The notes beneath the pieces were generated by a model. That model worked only from the letters and a program-made list of their open reading frames with translations. It did not search any database and was not told the DNA's origin. Positions 1 to 8,926 of a stretch of 64,000 nucleotides of DNA are shown here, one piece after another (position 1 is the stretch's first letter; each line of letters begins with the position of its first letter). Source of the stretch: Fibrobacterota bacterium (GTDB taxonomy: Bacteria; Fibrobacterota; Fibrobacteria; UBA5070); assembly GCA_016715065.1 (NCBI GenBank), contig JADKBN010000013.1, positions 64,588-128,587 on the forward strand, written 5' to 3'. Both the position numbers and the translations under genes were made by a program.

Positions 1-27
1 AACTTCAGACAACCCGGAGATTCCCTG

Positions 28-2103
28 ATGATCGAGTTCGATTTCATGAGCCAACTGGTCGTGTTCCTTGTCGTGATCGGGGTGGTGTTCTTTTTCGGGT
101 TGGCCGTGCTGGTCCTCAAGTGCTACCGCAAACCCGAGCAGGGCAAGGCGCTGGTGCGCAACGGATTCGGCGGATCCAAGGTCGCCTTCTCCGGGATCCT
201 GGTGCTGCCCGTGCTGCATCGCATCGAGGAAATGGACATCTCCGTCAAGCGCGTGGAGATCCATCGCGCCGGCAAGGAAGGGTTGATCTGCAAGGACAAC
301 CTGCGCGCCGACATCAAGGTGGCGTTCTTCGTGCGGGTCAACAAGACTCCGGAAGACGTGCTCAAGGTGGCCCAGTCCCTGGGTTGCGTGCGCGGCTCCA
401 GCCCGGAAGCGTTGGTGGAATTGTTCGACGCCAAGTTTTCCGAAGCGCTCAAGACCGTCGGCAAGCAGTTCAATTTTGTGGATCTCTACAATTCGCGCGA
501 ATCGTTCAAGCACGAGATCCTGAAGATCATCGGCACCGATCTCAACGGCTACGTCCTGGACGACGCGGCGATCGACTACCTGGAGCAGACTTCGCTGGAG
601 CTTCTGAATCCCCAGAACATCCTGGATTCGGAAGGCATCAAGAAGATCACCGAACTGACCGCCCAGCAGCTGATCCTGGCCAACCACATCCAGCGCGACA
701 AGGAAAAGACCATCACCCGCCAGAACGTGGAGGCCCGCGAGGCGGTGTTGGAGCTGGAAAAGCAGCTGGCCGAAAAGGAAGCGCGCCAGAAGCGCGAGGT
801 CGATGTGATCCAGGTTCGGGAACAGGCCGAAACCTCCCGGATTCGCGAGGAGGAGCGCTTGCGCGTGCAGGCCGTGACCATCCGCACGGACGAGGAAATC
901 GCCGTGGCCACCGAGAACAAGGATCGACAGATTCTGGTGGCTCGGCGCAACAAGGAGCGCACCGACGCGGTGGAATGCGAGCGGGTGGAAAAGGATCGGC
1001 TGTTGGAAGCCAACGAGCGCGAGCGCGTGGTTTCGCTGGCCCAGATCGAGAAGGAGAAGGCGCTGGAAGAGGAGAAGCGCAAGATCCAGGACGTGATCCG
1101 TTCGCGGGTCGTGGTGCAGCGTGCCGTGGTGGAGGAAGAAGAGAAGATCAAGGACACCAAGGTGTTCGCCGAAGCCGAGCGCGTGCGCAAGACGGCGATC
1201 ATCGAGGCCGAGAAGGCCGCCCAGGTGCAGGCCACCAAGGAAGTGCAGGCCGCCAAGGCTTCCCGCGACAGCGCCGCCCTCCTTTCCGAGCAGAGGCTGA
1301 TCGAGGCCGAAGCCGAGCTAGCCTCTTCGGACAAGCTCGCCGAGGCCAAGCGCCGCCTCGCCGAAGGACAGAAAGCGGAGCTTTCCGTGCAGGGCATGGC
1401 CGAGGCGATGGTCAGCGAGGCCAAGAGCCAGGCGTTGGAAAAGCAGGGCGCCGCCGAGGCTTCGGTCCTGGAGCATCGGGCCGCCGCCGAAGCAAAGGGG
1501 ATGGCCGACAAGGCCGCTTCTTTGCAGATCCAAGGCGAAATGGAAGCCGACATCCTGGAAAAGAAGGCCCTCGCCGAGGCTCGCGGCATCGCCGAGAAGG
1601 CCGGCTCCATGAAGCTTCTGGACATGGCCACGCGCGACCACGAGGAATTCCGGTTGCGTCTGGAAAAGGAAAAGACCGTCGATCTGGCGTCCCTGGACAT
1701 GCAGAAGGAAATCGCCAAGTCCCAGGCGGAAATTGTCCAACAGGGATTGAAGTCCGCCCGCATCGAGATCATCGGCGGCGAAAGCGTGTTCTTCGACAAG
1801 CTTCTGGGTGCCATCACCCAGGGCAAGGCGGTCGATCGTGTCGTCCAGGGCAGCAGCGTGCTTTCCGAAGTCAAGGACACGTTCTTCAAGCCCGACGGGA
1901 AATCGTTCAAGGACAAGCTCGCCGGGTTTGTGGAACAGTTCGGGATCCAGGCGGAGGATCTGCGCAACTTGACGGTTTCCGGGCTTCTCCTGAAGATGAT
2001 CGCCAAGACCGACGATGCGTCCCTCCAGGAGACGCTCAAGGGGTTGTTGCAACAGGCCGAAGGAGCCCGGGTCGCCAACCAGCCCGTCCAGAAGCTGATC
2101 TGA
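28..2103 (+). CDS. Flotillin/SPFH (band 7) family membrane protein, 691 aa, with an N-terminal TM helix and a long E/A/K-rich coiled-coil tail
   Basis: The ATG at 28 is preceded by ggag. The N-terminus is hydrophobic (MSQLVVFLVVIGVVFFFGLAVLVL). The SPFH core and the long EAxxK-rich helical region are typical of bacterial flotillins (FloT/YqiK-like). Confidence 0.88.
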   Translation: MIEFDFMSQLVVFLVVIGVVFFFGLAVLVLKCYRKPEQGKALVRNGFGGSKVAFSGILVLPVLHRIEEMDISVKRVEIHRAGKEGLICKDNLRADIKVAFFVRVNKTPEDVLKVAQSLGCVRGSSPEALVELFDAKFSEALKTVGKQFNFVDLYNSRESFKHEILKIIGTDLNGYVLDDAAIDYLEQTSLELLNPQNILDSEGIKKITELTAQQLILANHIQRDKEKTITRQNVEAREAVLELEKQLAEKEARQKREVDVIQVREQAETSRIREEERLRVQAVTIRTDEEIAVATENKDRQILVARRNKERTDAVECERVEKDRLLEANERERVVSLAQIEKEKALEEEKRKIQDVIRSRVVVQRAVVEEEEKIKDTKVFAEAERVRKTAIIEAEKAAQVQATKEVQAAKASRDSAALLSEQRLIEAEAELASSDKLAEAKRRLAEGQKAELSVQGMAEAMVSEAKSQALEKQGAAEASVLEHRAAAEAKGMADKAASLQIQGEMEADILEKKALAEARGIAEKAGSMKLLDMATRDHEEFRLRLEKEKTVDLASLDMQKEIAKSQAEIVQQGLKSARIEIIGGESVFFDKLLGAITQGKAVDRVVQGSSVLSEVKDTFFKPDGKSFKDKLAGFVEQFGIQAEDLRNLTVSGLLLKMIAKTDDASLQETLKGLLQQAEGARVANQPVQKLI

Positions 2104-2107
2104 TCCC

Positions 2108-5100
2108 ATGAGCGACGCCGCCGCGAAAGCGCCCGAACCCGCCGCCGCCGCGGTGGGCGGCAACTGGGATGTTCTGCGGGCCAGGCTGGATCGGCAACGA
2201 TCCGAGCTGGAGTCGTTCCTCTCCACGTTCGACCAGCGCCGCAAGGGGTTGTTCGGCGCGGTGGACTGGAAGCTCGACCGCACGGTGCACATCTCCACTC
2301 CCAACCAGTGCATCCCCCGCGACCTCACCCAGTTCGGGGGCTCGCTGCTTCTGGGCTACAACGTCCAGTTCGGCCTGAAGACCGAAACGACGATTTCCGA
2401 CGTCTTTTCCTTCTACAAGGGCAACGAGGACGGAACCTTCCGGGACGAAGGCGTGGAGCTCCTCTCCGACGCGAGGTTCCTGGAGGATTTCCGGAACCTC
2501 TACCGCTACTACCGTCAGACCCAGTTCACGCGTTTCGTGCGCAACCGCGGCTTCCTGTACATGGTCTTCCAGGTGGGGACCCGGACGGACGATCTCAAGG
2601 CGTTCAAATGGAAGGTGGCCTCCGACGGCCTGGCCTACGAAGGGGATCGCGCCGCTTCCGAGATCCAGCCTCCGCCGCGCCACGAATTCGAGTGGCTCCG
2701 CACCCGACGCGAACACCATCGCGAGGGGTTGCACCCCCACATTTCCATCGAAGACCGCGTGTTCGTGGAAACCCTCGGCGGCGATCTCACCATCAAGGTC
2801 GAGAACAACACCAAGACCGGCAAGGGCATCCTCTCCGAGCCGGTGGAGCATCGCGACCAGACCTTGGACGACGCCGAGATCCACTACGCCGTCCTGGGCG
2901 AGATCGTGGCGCTTCGCATCCGTCCCTTCCAGGAGCAGCAGGCCCGCCATTTCCTGTATTTCTGCAAGACGCGCCAGGCGGTGCGGATGGATTCGTTGGG
3001 GCATTCGTGCGTGATCCTGCCGCAGCAGCAGGGCATCCTCCTTCCTGACGGATGGGCCCTGCAATCGGGCGAATACCGCCGCTTCGAGACGGTCCCACCC
3101 GACTTCCACTACGACCGGCGCACCGTCTCCACCACCGGGGAAGACCATCTGTTCTCCTTCTACAAGGAGGACACCGGCGAGTACACGCTGCTTTCGTACA
3201 GCGTGACCGACCAGAAGACCCAGCAGCCCATTTCCTGCCACGGTTGGAGCCTGGTCCCGTCCGGCGATCTCTTCGCCTTCCGTGCGCAGCCGGAGCCGCA
3301 GGCGAGCCACGCCATCCAGGTGTGGAAGTCGCCCTTCGGGCCGCCGCCCGCGCAGTCGGCCGGAGCCGACCCCTGGCTGGAGAGGATCGGAAACCAGGAT
3401 TGCGTGCGGTTTCTGGCCCAAGGCAGGCATCTGGCCAAGATGCTGGGCAAGGACGCCGGTTTCGCGGGGCTGTTCGGCGACCTGGTGCGCGAGGCCCGCA
3501 ACCTCGCCGACGCCCATTTCTGGATCAAGGAGACGGAATCCGGCGAGATCGGACGGATTCTGTCAGAAGTTGCCGCCACCGCGGAGTCGGCCATCGGCGA
3601 GTACGCCAAAGTGGAGCGGAGCCGGCAGGCGGCCCAGCAGGCCTGCCAGGAGCTGGAGTCCTCCCTGGAAGCCGATCTGGTGGAAATCCCCGCCTTTTCC
3701 GGATTGGGCGACTGCCTCGATTCCATGAAACGGCTGCGAGCGGGACGCGGACGGATTCTGGAAATCATGGAGATGTCCTTTTCCGATCGCGAAGCCTGCG
3801 TCCTGGTGGAGAGGTCCATCCAGGCCGCGCAGGATCGGGTGGGTGTCCAGTGCACTGGGCTCCTTCTGGCACCGGGTGCGCTGGAGCCCTGGCGCAAGGG
3901 GTCGGTGGAGGTTTCCGGATCCCTGGAGACGTTGCGCCAGTCCAGGGAAGCCGTGGCTCTTGAAGAGAAGTTGGATGCCCAGGCCCGCCAACTGGAATTC
4001 CTCCTGGAGACCATCGGTGGCCTCAAGGAGGTGGATGCGGTCCAGTCCACCGAGATCTCCGAGCGGATCTCGGTGATCCTGGCCGAACAAAACCAGGTCC
4101 GCAACGGCCTGCGCCAACGGAAAACGGCCCTGGGGCGGCAGGACGGCGTGGCCGAATTCTCGGCGCAGAAACGTCTGTTGTCCCAAGCCCTCACCAGCGC
4201 ATTGGATCTGGCCACCAATCCGGAGGATTGCCAGGCATCCCAGATCCGGCTGCTGTCGCGGCTGGAGGAGCTGGAAGGCCGGTTTTCGGATGTGCCCGAG
4301 TTCCTCGATTCGCTGGCCGACATCCGCGAGGAGATGGTCGCGAGCCTGGACGGGCGTCGCCTGGCCCTTCTGGAGGCGCGAGGGCGCAAATGCGACCAGA
4401 TCCGCCAGTCGGCCGAACGCGTTCTGAAGGGGTTGGCTCAACGAGCCGAGGCCATGGCCGATCCCGCCGAACTGCGGGCGTTCTTCGCCTCCGACCCGCT
4501 GGTGGAGAAGGTCCGGAATCTGTCCGAGCAGTTGCGGGGTCTGGGGGACGCCGGCGGCGCCGAAGACCTGGCGGGACGCCTGCGGGCGCTTTTGGAGGAT
4601 TCCCTGCGCCGCATCCGCGACCGCTCGGAGCTGATGGTGGAGGGTGGCCAGGGGTTGCGCCTGGGAAGGCACGTGTTCGCGATCCAGAAGACCCGTCCGG
4701 AAATCGTGGCGCTGGCCGGATCCGAAGGCTTGGAGATCCACGTTTCTGGTACGCGCTACCGCCAGCGGATCGAGGACCCCGAGATCCAGTCGTTGCGCGA
4801 CGTTTGGGAGGTGGAAACCTCCGGGGAATCCCCGGTGGCCCAGCGGGGCGAAGTCCTGGCCTGGAGGGTCTGGGACCTGTCGGAAAGCCAAGGCCGGGGT
4901 AGCCTGACCCGGTTGGCTTGCGAAACGGAGGAAGGCCTCCGCGCGCGGTTGCTGGAGGCCATGGAGCGATCCCCGTTGGAAGCATGGCAGCGGGGCGTCC
5001 ACGACGAGGATGGATTGGTGGTGCTGCGCGCGGCCATCCAAGCCTGGAAGAGTCTGGGCCCCATGAGATTCGGTGGAAACGCCCGTGCCATCGCGCTGGA

Positions 5101-6979
5101 ATTCTGGTCGGCCATCGTGGACGAATCCTGGCGCGCCCGGGTGGAGTCGGCGTTCGTCGCCGCTTCGCGGATGCAGGCGGCCTTCGGGATGGAGTCCCGG
5201 CAAAGCGCGGTGCGCACGGTGGCGTTGCGATCGTGCGAGGAAGCCGTGGCGGGATTTGTCAAGCCCCGGGGGATCGGCGACGGGGCCACCTCCCAGGAGG
5301 TCGCGGCCTTCATCGCCGAGGCCCTGGAAACCGGCTCCTTCCCTTGCCTTTCCGCCAACGCGCAGGAGGCGCACGCGCATTTCACCAAGAGGCTCGTGGA
5401 TGCCGGGGCCATGGAGGGATTCCGCGCCGGCATGGAGGCCCTCAAGGGCCAGATGGGCCAGCAGCACCGCTTGGCTTCGGATTGGCTGGCCGCCGCCTCG
5501 GCCGCATCCGGCGAAGTGCTGGAGGAAGTCGCCGCCTACCTGTGCTGCGGGGAGTCCCCCGACATGCGCTGGCTGGCCGCCGAAGTTCCGCAGGAGCTTT
5601 CCCTGCGGGCGGGTCATCCGCTTTCGCCGGAAGGGAAGACCGTCTTCCGCTTTTCCGACTGGGCGCGTAGGATGCGCGAACACCACGGTTCGGTGGTTCC
5701 CCGCGTGGCGTCTTTCCAGAAGTGCCGGCGTCGGGTCCTGGACGATGCGCGTCGGGAATTGGGAATCGACGGATTCCGTCCCAAGGTCCTTTCCTCGTTC
5801 GTGCGCAACCGCCTGGCCGACGAGGTGTACCTGCCGCTGATCGGCGACAACCTCGCCAAGCAGATCGGGTCCATGGGCGACGACAAACGATCCGATCGCA
5901 TGGGTCTGCTCCTTCTGATCTCCCCGCCGGGCTACGGAAAGACGACGCTGGTGGAATACCTCTGCGAGGCGCTGGGGCTGATGTACGTGAAGATCAACGG
6001 GCCGTCGCTGGGACGTTCCACCACCGGGATCGATCCCGCCCAGGCCAAGGACGGAGCCGCCAAGCAGGAGCTCGAACGGTTGTCGTTGGCCCTGGAGATG
6101 GGCGACAACGTGGTGATTCTGGTGGACGACATCCAGCACTGCCATCCGGAATTCCTCCAGAAGTTCATCTCCCTGTGCGACGGCCAGCGCCGGATGGACG
6201 GCACGTTCCGCCGCCAATCGCGCACCTGGGATCTGCGCGGAAGGCGCGTGGCCGTGGTGATGGCCGGCAACCCTTACACGGAAAGCGGCGAGGCCTTCCG
6301 AGTGCCCGACATGCTCGCCAACCGCGCCGACACCTTCAATCTGGGTGATCTCGCCGGCACGCACGCGAGCGCCTTCCAGGACAGCTATCTGGAAAACTGC
6401 CTGATGGTGCAGCCCACTCTCGCACGGGTGTTCGGACGCTTCCGGAAGGATTTCTCCACCTTGCTTCGCCAGATCGCCGACCCGAGTGTCGAAGCGACCT
6501 GGGAGGGGACCCATTCGGCCTCCGACATGGAAGAGGCCGTTTCGGTGACGCGCCATCTGATGCGCATCCGCGACGCGGTGGTGGCCGTCAACCGCTCGTA
6601 CATCGCCTCGGCGTCGTGCCCGGAGGAGTACCGCACCGAGCCTCCCTTCAAGCTGCAGGGCTCCTACCGCAACATGGGCAAGCTGGCGGAAAAGGTTTCG
6701 CCCATCATGACCGCCCAGGAAGTGGACACCCTCCTTTTGGACCACTACCAGTCGGAGGCCCAGTCGCTGGCCAGGGAGTCGGAGGTGAGCCTCATCCAGG
6801 TGCGCAAGCTACTGGGAATGCCCGCTCCGGCCGATGCGCAGCGCTGGGAGCAGATCATGCAGGCCTGGAGCTCCAAGCGGGGATCCCGTGGGGCGGGGCA
6901 GCAGGCCATCGCCGAGATCACCGCCTTGCGGCGCGCCATCGAAAAGGTCGGGGAGTCCCTGGTGGCCAAGCCGTCGTAG
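2108..6979 (+). CDS. Large (1623 aa) protein with a C-proximal MoxR/AAA_5-like AAA+ ATPase domain and an uncharacterised N-terminal region of about 1250 aa
   Basis: The ATG lies 4 nt after the flotillin stop. Walker A is LLLISPPGYGKTTLVEYL. Walker B is VVILVDDIQH. MoxR-like segments are ALGLMYVKINGPSLGRSTTGIDP and VVMAGNPYTESGEAFRVPDMLANRADTF. The ORF is uninterrupted over 4.9 kb. Confidence 0.8.
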   Translation: MSDAAAKAPEPAAAAVGGNWDVLRARLDRQRSELESFLSTFDQRRKGLFGAVDWKLDRTVHISTPNQCIPRDLTQFGGSLLLGYNVQFGLKTETTISDVFSFYKGNEDGTFRDEGVELLSDARFLEDFRNLYRYYRQTQFTRFVRNRGFLYMVFQVGTRTDDLKAFKWKVASDGLAYEGDRAASEIQPPPRHEFEWLRTRREHHREGLHPHISIEDRVFVETLGGDLTIKVENNTKTGKGILSEPVEHRDQTLDDAEIHYAVLGEIVALRIRPFQEQQARHFLYFCKTRQAVRMDSLGHSCVILPQQQGILLPDGWALQSGEYRRFETVPPDFHYDRRTVSTTGEDHLFSFYKEDTGEYTLLSYSVTDQKTQQPISCHGWSLVPSGDLFAFRAQPEPQASHAIQVWKSPFGPPPAQSAGADPWLERIGNQDCVRFLAQGRHLAKMLGKDAGFAGLFGDLVREARNLADAHFWIKETESGEIGRILSEVAATAESAIGEYAKVERSRQAAQQACQELESSLEADLVEIPAFSGLGDCLDSMKRLRAGRGRILEIMEMSFSDREACVLVERSIQAAQDRVGVQCTGLLLAPGALEPWRKGSVEVSGSLETLRQSREAVALEEKLDAQARQLEFLLETIGGLKEVDAVQSTEISERISVILAEQNQVRNGLRQRKTALGRQDGVAEFSAQKRLLSQALTSALDLATNPEDCQASQIRLLSRLEELEGRFSDVPEFLDSLADIREEMVASLDGRRLALLEARGRKCDQIRQSAERVLKGLAQRAEAMADPAELRAFFASDPLVEKVRNLSEQLRGLGDAGGAEDLAGRLRALLEDSLRRIRDRSELMVEGGQGLRLGRHVFAIQKTRPEIVALAGSEGLEIHVSGTRYRQRIEDPEIQSLRDVWEVETSGESPVAQRGEVLAWRVWDLSESQGRGSLTRLACETEEGLRARLLEAMERSPLEAWQRGVHDEDGLVVLRAAIQAWKSLGPMRFGGNARAIALEFWSAIVDESWRARVESAFVAASRMQAAFGMESRQSAVRTVALRSCEEAVAGFVKPRGIGDGATSQEVAAFIAEALETGSFPCLSANAQEAHAHFTKRLVDAGAMEGFRAGMEALKGQMGQQHRLASDWLAAASAASGEVLEEVAAYLCCGESPDMRWLAAEVPQELSLRAGHPLSPEGKTVFRFSDWARRMREHHGSVVPRVASFQKCRRRVLDDARRELGIDGFRPKVLSSFVRNRLADEVYLPLIGDNLAKQIGSMGDDKRSDRMGLLLLISPPGYGKTTLVEYLCEALGLMYVKINGPSLGRSTTGIDPAQAKDGAAKQELERLSLALEMGDNVVILVDDIQHCHPEFLQKFISLCDGQRRMDGTFRRQSRTWDLRGRRVAVVMAGNPYTESGEAFRVPDMLANRADTFNLGDLAGTHASAFQDSYLENCLMVQPTLARVFGRFRKDFSTLLRQIADPSVEATWEGTHSASDMEEAVSVTRHLMRIRDAVVAVNRSYIASASCPEEYRTEPPFKLQGSYRNMGKLAEKVSPIMTAQEVDTLLLDHYQSEAQSLARESEVSLIQVRKLLGMPAPADAQRWEQIMQAWSSKRGSRGAGQQAIAEITALRRAIEKVGESLVAKPS

Positions 6980-7068
6980 GAAAGCGGGAAACCCACCGAG
7001 CTTCCGGCGAGAACCGCTTCTCCTGGGAGGACGCCAGTCACGATGCTTCGATCCTCTGGGAACGGGGG

Positions 7069-7995
7069 TCAGGCGGCAAAATCGCGGATCGCCTTTTTCC
7101 AGGCCTCCACCAATCGCTCGGGTGCCACCGGCTTGAAACCCGGGCCGCGTCCCAGGATCCATCGGCTGGCCTCGCCGTGGTCCCCGAAGGGCAACGTGAA
7201 CTCGATGCCGCCGTCGGGCAGTTCGCGGTTTTTCTGCTTGGGGTGCCATTGGCGCTCGCGCACGTAGGGAGCGTGGGTGGTGTCGGCGCGGATGGTGGCG
7301 TCGAACACCGTGGCGCAGAAGGCGCCCAAGCATGACGGAATCTGTCTCTTCGGCGGTGCTTTGAACGTGGCTTCCAGAACTTCCAGGCGATCCATGCGCG
7401 AAAGGGCGAAGCGCTTGAAGGGGGACAAATGGTCGTCCGGGTCGCGGGCCTGCAGGTAGGGCATGCCATCCCATTCGAACAGTTCCAAGGGATGCGCTTG
7501 GCGAGTCTTTCCGGAAGGGTCCGAGGGTTTGCGATAGGAGAATTGGATCACGCGCCGCTCCCGCAGCGCCCGTGCCAGCGGGCCCAGCATCTGGGTGGCG
7601 AACTTGCCGGTCAGGCGAGGCAAGGTGGCACTGGCGGATCGCTTGATTTCGGGATCGATCGCGATGCGGCCTTGCAAGTCGCGCTCCAGGGTGGGGTCCA
7701 GCAGAAAGTCCAGGGCCAGACGGATTCCGACCGGTCCCTGGAGGGTCTCCACCATCGGCATGGGGAAGTTCCAGGTGTGCCGGTAGCGCCAGACGTGGGT
7801 CGCCTCCGTGTATTCCAGCGGAGCGCCCAAGTCGCGCAGGTCCTCGGCTAGCCGATAGAGTGCCTTGCGCTCACAGCCCATTTCCTGGAGGACCTCCGCG
7901 CTTTCCAGTCCGCCGCGTCCCTCCGCGTGGGCCGTGGCCAAGGTGTTGTGCAGGGCCGCCAGGCGTTGGAGCCGGTCGTGGAGGGGTGCGGGCAT
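7069..7995 (-). CDS. WYL-domain transcriptional regulator (YafY/PafBC-like) with an HTH, a WYL domain and a C-terminal WCX-like region
   Basis: The protein starts MPAPLHDRLQRL. The ATG at 7995 lies inside a longer shadow ORF (7069..8787). The WYL-like core reads RRVIQFSYRKPSDPSGKTRQAHPLELFEWDGMPYLQARD...FKRFALSRMDRLEVLEATF. The C-terminus is WCX-like. Confidence 0.78.
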   Translation of the reverse strand: MPAPLHDRLQRLAALHNTLATAHAEGRGGLESAEVLQEMGCERKALYRLAEDLRDLGAPLEYTEATHVWRYRHTWNFPMPMVETLQGPVGIRLALDFLLDPTLERDLQGRIAIDPEIKRSASATLPRLTGKFATQMLGPLARALRERRVIQFSYRKPSDPSGKTRQAHPLELFEWDGMPYLQARDPDDHLSPFKRFALSRMDRLEVLEATFKAPPKRQIPSCLGAFCATVFDATIRADTTHAPYVRERQWHPKQKNRELPDGGIEFTLPFGDHGEASRWILGRGPGFKPVAPERLVEAWKKAIRDFAA

Positions 7996-8214
7996 GGAAC
8001 GGCCTTTCGCGGTTGTGCGATGGAATCGAACGAGTGTGGATGGAATGTAGACAGACCGGGTGCGGAATGGTGGATCCAGGAGTGTAGGGGTGGGCCGCAT
8101 TGGGGGACGATCCTTGTGGGGGTGGGGGTGTTCGGGGTAGCTTGGAAACCACGATCCAGGGGAGGGCGCAGGGCCTTTCCGACTACGGATCCCGTACCGC
8201 AGGAGGCGCAGCTC

Positions 8215-8808
8215 ATGAATCCATTCGACCGTGTCCATATCGTGTTTTTGTTGGATCGCTCCGGATCCATGGAGACGTTGCGCGAAGCCGCCGTGGCTGG
8301 CCTCAACGAGTTTTTGGCCCACCAGCGACGCCTCGCCCCGGATGCGACGGCGACAGTGGTGCTGTTCGCGGAGTTCGCGCAGACCGTGTGCATGAACACG
8401 CCCCTTTCCGAGGCGCACCTGGAGTTGTCCGACTACGTTCCGGGAGGGCGCACCGCCTTGCTTGACGCCGTGGGTTCCACCATCGACCTGGTGGGCCTGC
8501 GGATCTCGCGCTTGGCGCCCCACGACCGCCCGGGACGGGTTCTGTTCGCCATCCTCACCGACGGCGAGGAGAACGCCTCGCGCGGGTATTCGGCCTTGGA
8601 CGTCCAGTGGCGCGTTCGCCGCCAGAGCGAGATCTATGGCTGGGAGTTCCTGTTCTTGGGAGCACCGGATTCGTGGTCCGACCAGGCTCGCGAACTGGGG
8701 ATCGCGCTGGAGGATGCCTTGCCGTTTTGCCACACCGAAGACGGAATTCGCATCGCCATGGCCGATGCCGCCCGGACCTTCGCCCAACAGTTGGGGTGGC
8801 GCGCCTGA
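8215..8808 (+). CDS. Small stand-alone von Willebrand factor A (vWA) domain protein, about 197 aa
   Basis: The MIDAS motif reads HIVFLLDRSGSM...ILTDGEEN. Start is taken as the Met of MNPFDRVHIVFL, 97 aa into ORF 7927..8808. The gene is divergent from the WYL gene. Confidence 0.68.
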   Translation: MNPFDRVHIVFLLDRSGSMETLREAAVAGLNEFLAHQRRLAPDATATVVLFAEFAQTVCMNTPLSEAHLELSDYVPGGRTALLDAVGSTIDLVGLRISRLAPHDRPGRVLFAILTDGEENASRGYSALDVQWRVRRQSEIYGWEFLFLGAPDSWSDQARELGIALEDALPFCHTEDGIRIAMADAARTFAQQLGWRA

Positions 8809-8851
8809 AGAAAGGGGTGCCTTTCGGCAGCGTGGCGGGCAGGCGACGCTT

Positions 8852-8857
8852 TATAAT
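8852..8857 (+). promoter_or_regulatory. Candidate -10 box (TATAAT) in the AT-richer spacer upstream of cydA
   Basis: The sequence cgctTTATAATtgg lies about 70 nt upstream of the cydA GTG. There is no convincing -35. If the lineage uses a Bacteroidota-type promoter this call is moot. Confidence 0.3.
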
Positions 8858-8926
8858 TGGACAATCGCTCGTCGCCTCTTCGCACACATCGCGCAATCCA
8901 ACCGAGCCTCCAGAAAGGAAATCCAC

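Noticed and set aside
576-6745. Very long opposite-strand ORFs, for example 576..2078 (-), 3563..6745 (-), 39368..42796 (-), 46990..48243 (-), 22523..24529 (+) and 52888..55095 (-), in regions outside Cof
   Set aside because: These are shadow ORFs typical of high-GC DNA. Their translations are low-complexity and R/P/G-rich with no recognisable domains. The partner strand carries a gene with clear motifs.
6980-7068. A terminator between the convergent AAA+ gene and the WYL gene
   Set aside because: The only stem is 7 bp with a loop of about 26 nt and no U-tract. It is too weak to call.
8462-8926. The upstream alt-start of the cydA ORF (8462)
   Set aside because: It would overlap the 3-prime half of the vWA gene. 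The CydA-like sequence begins only at the GTG at 8927, which has a purine-rich RBS.
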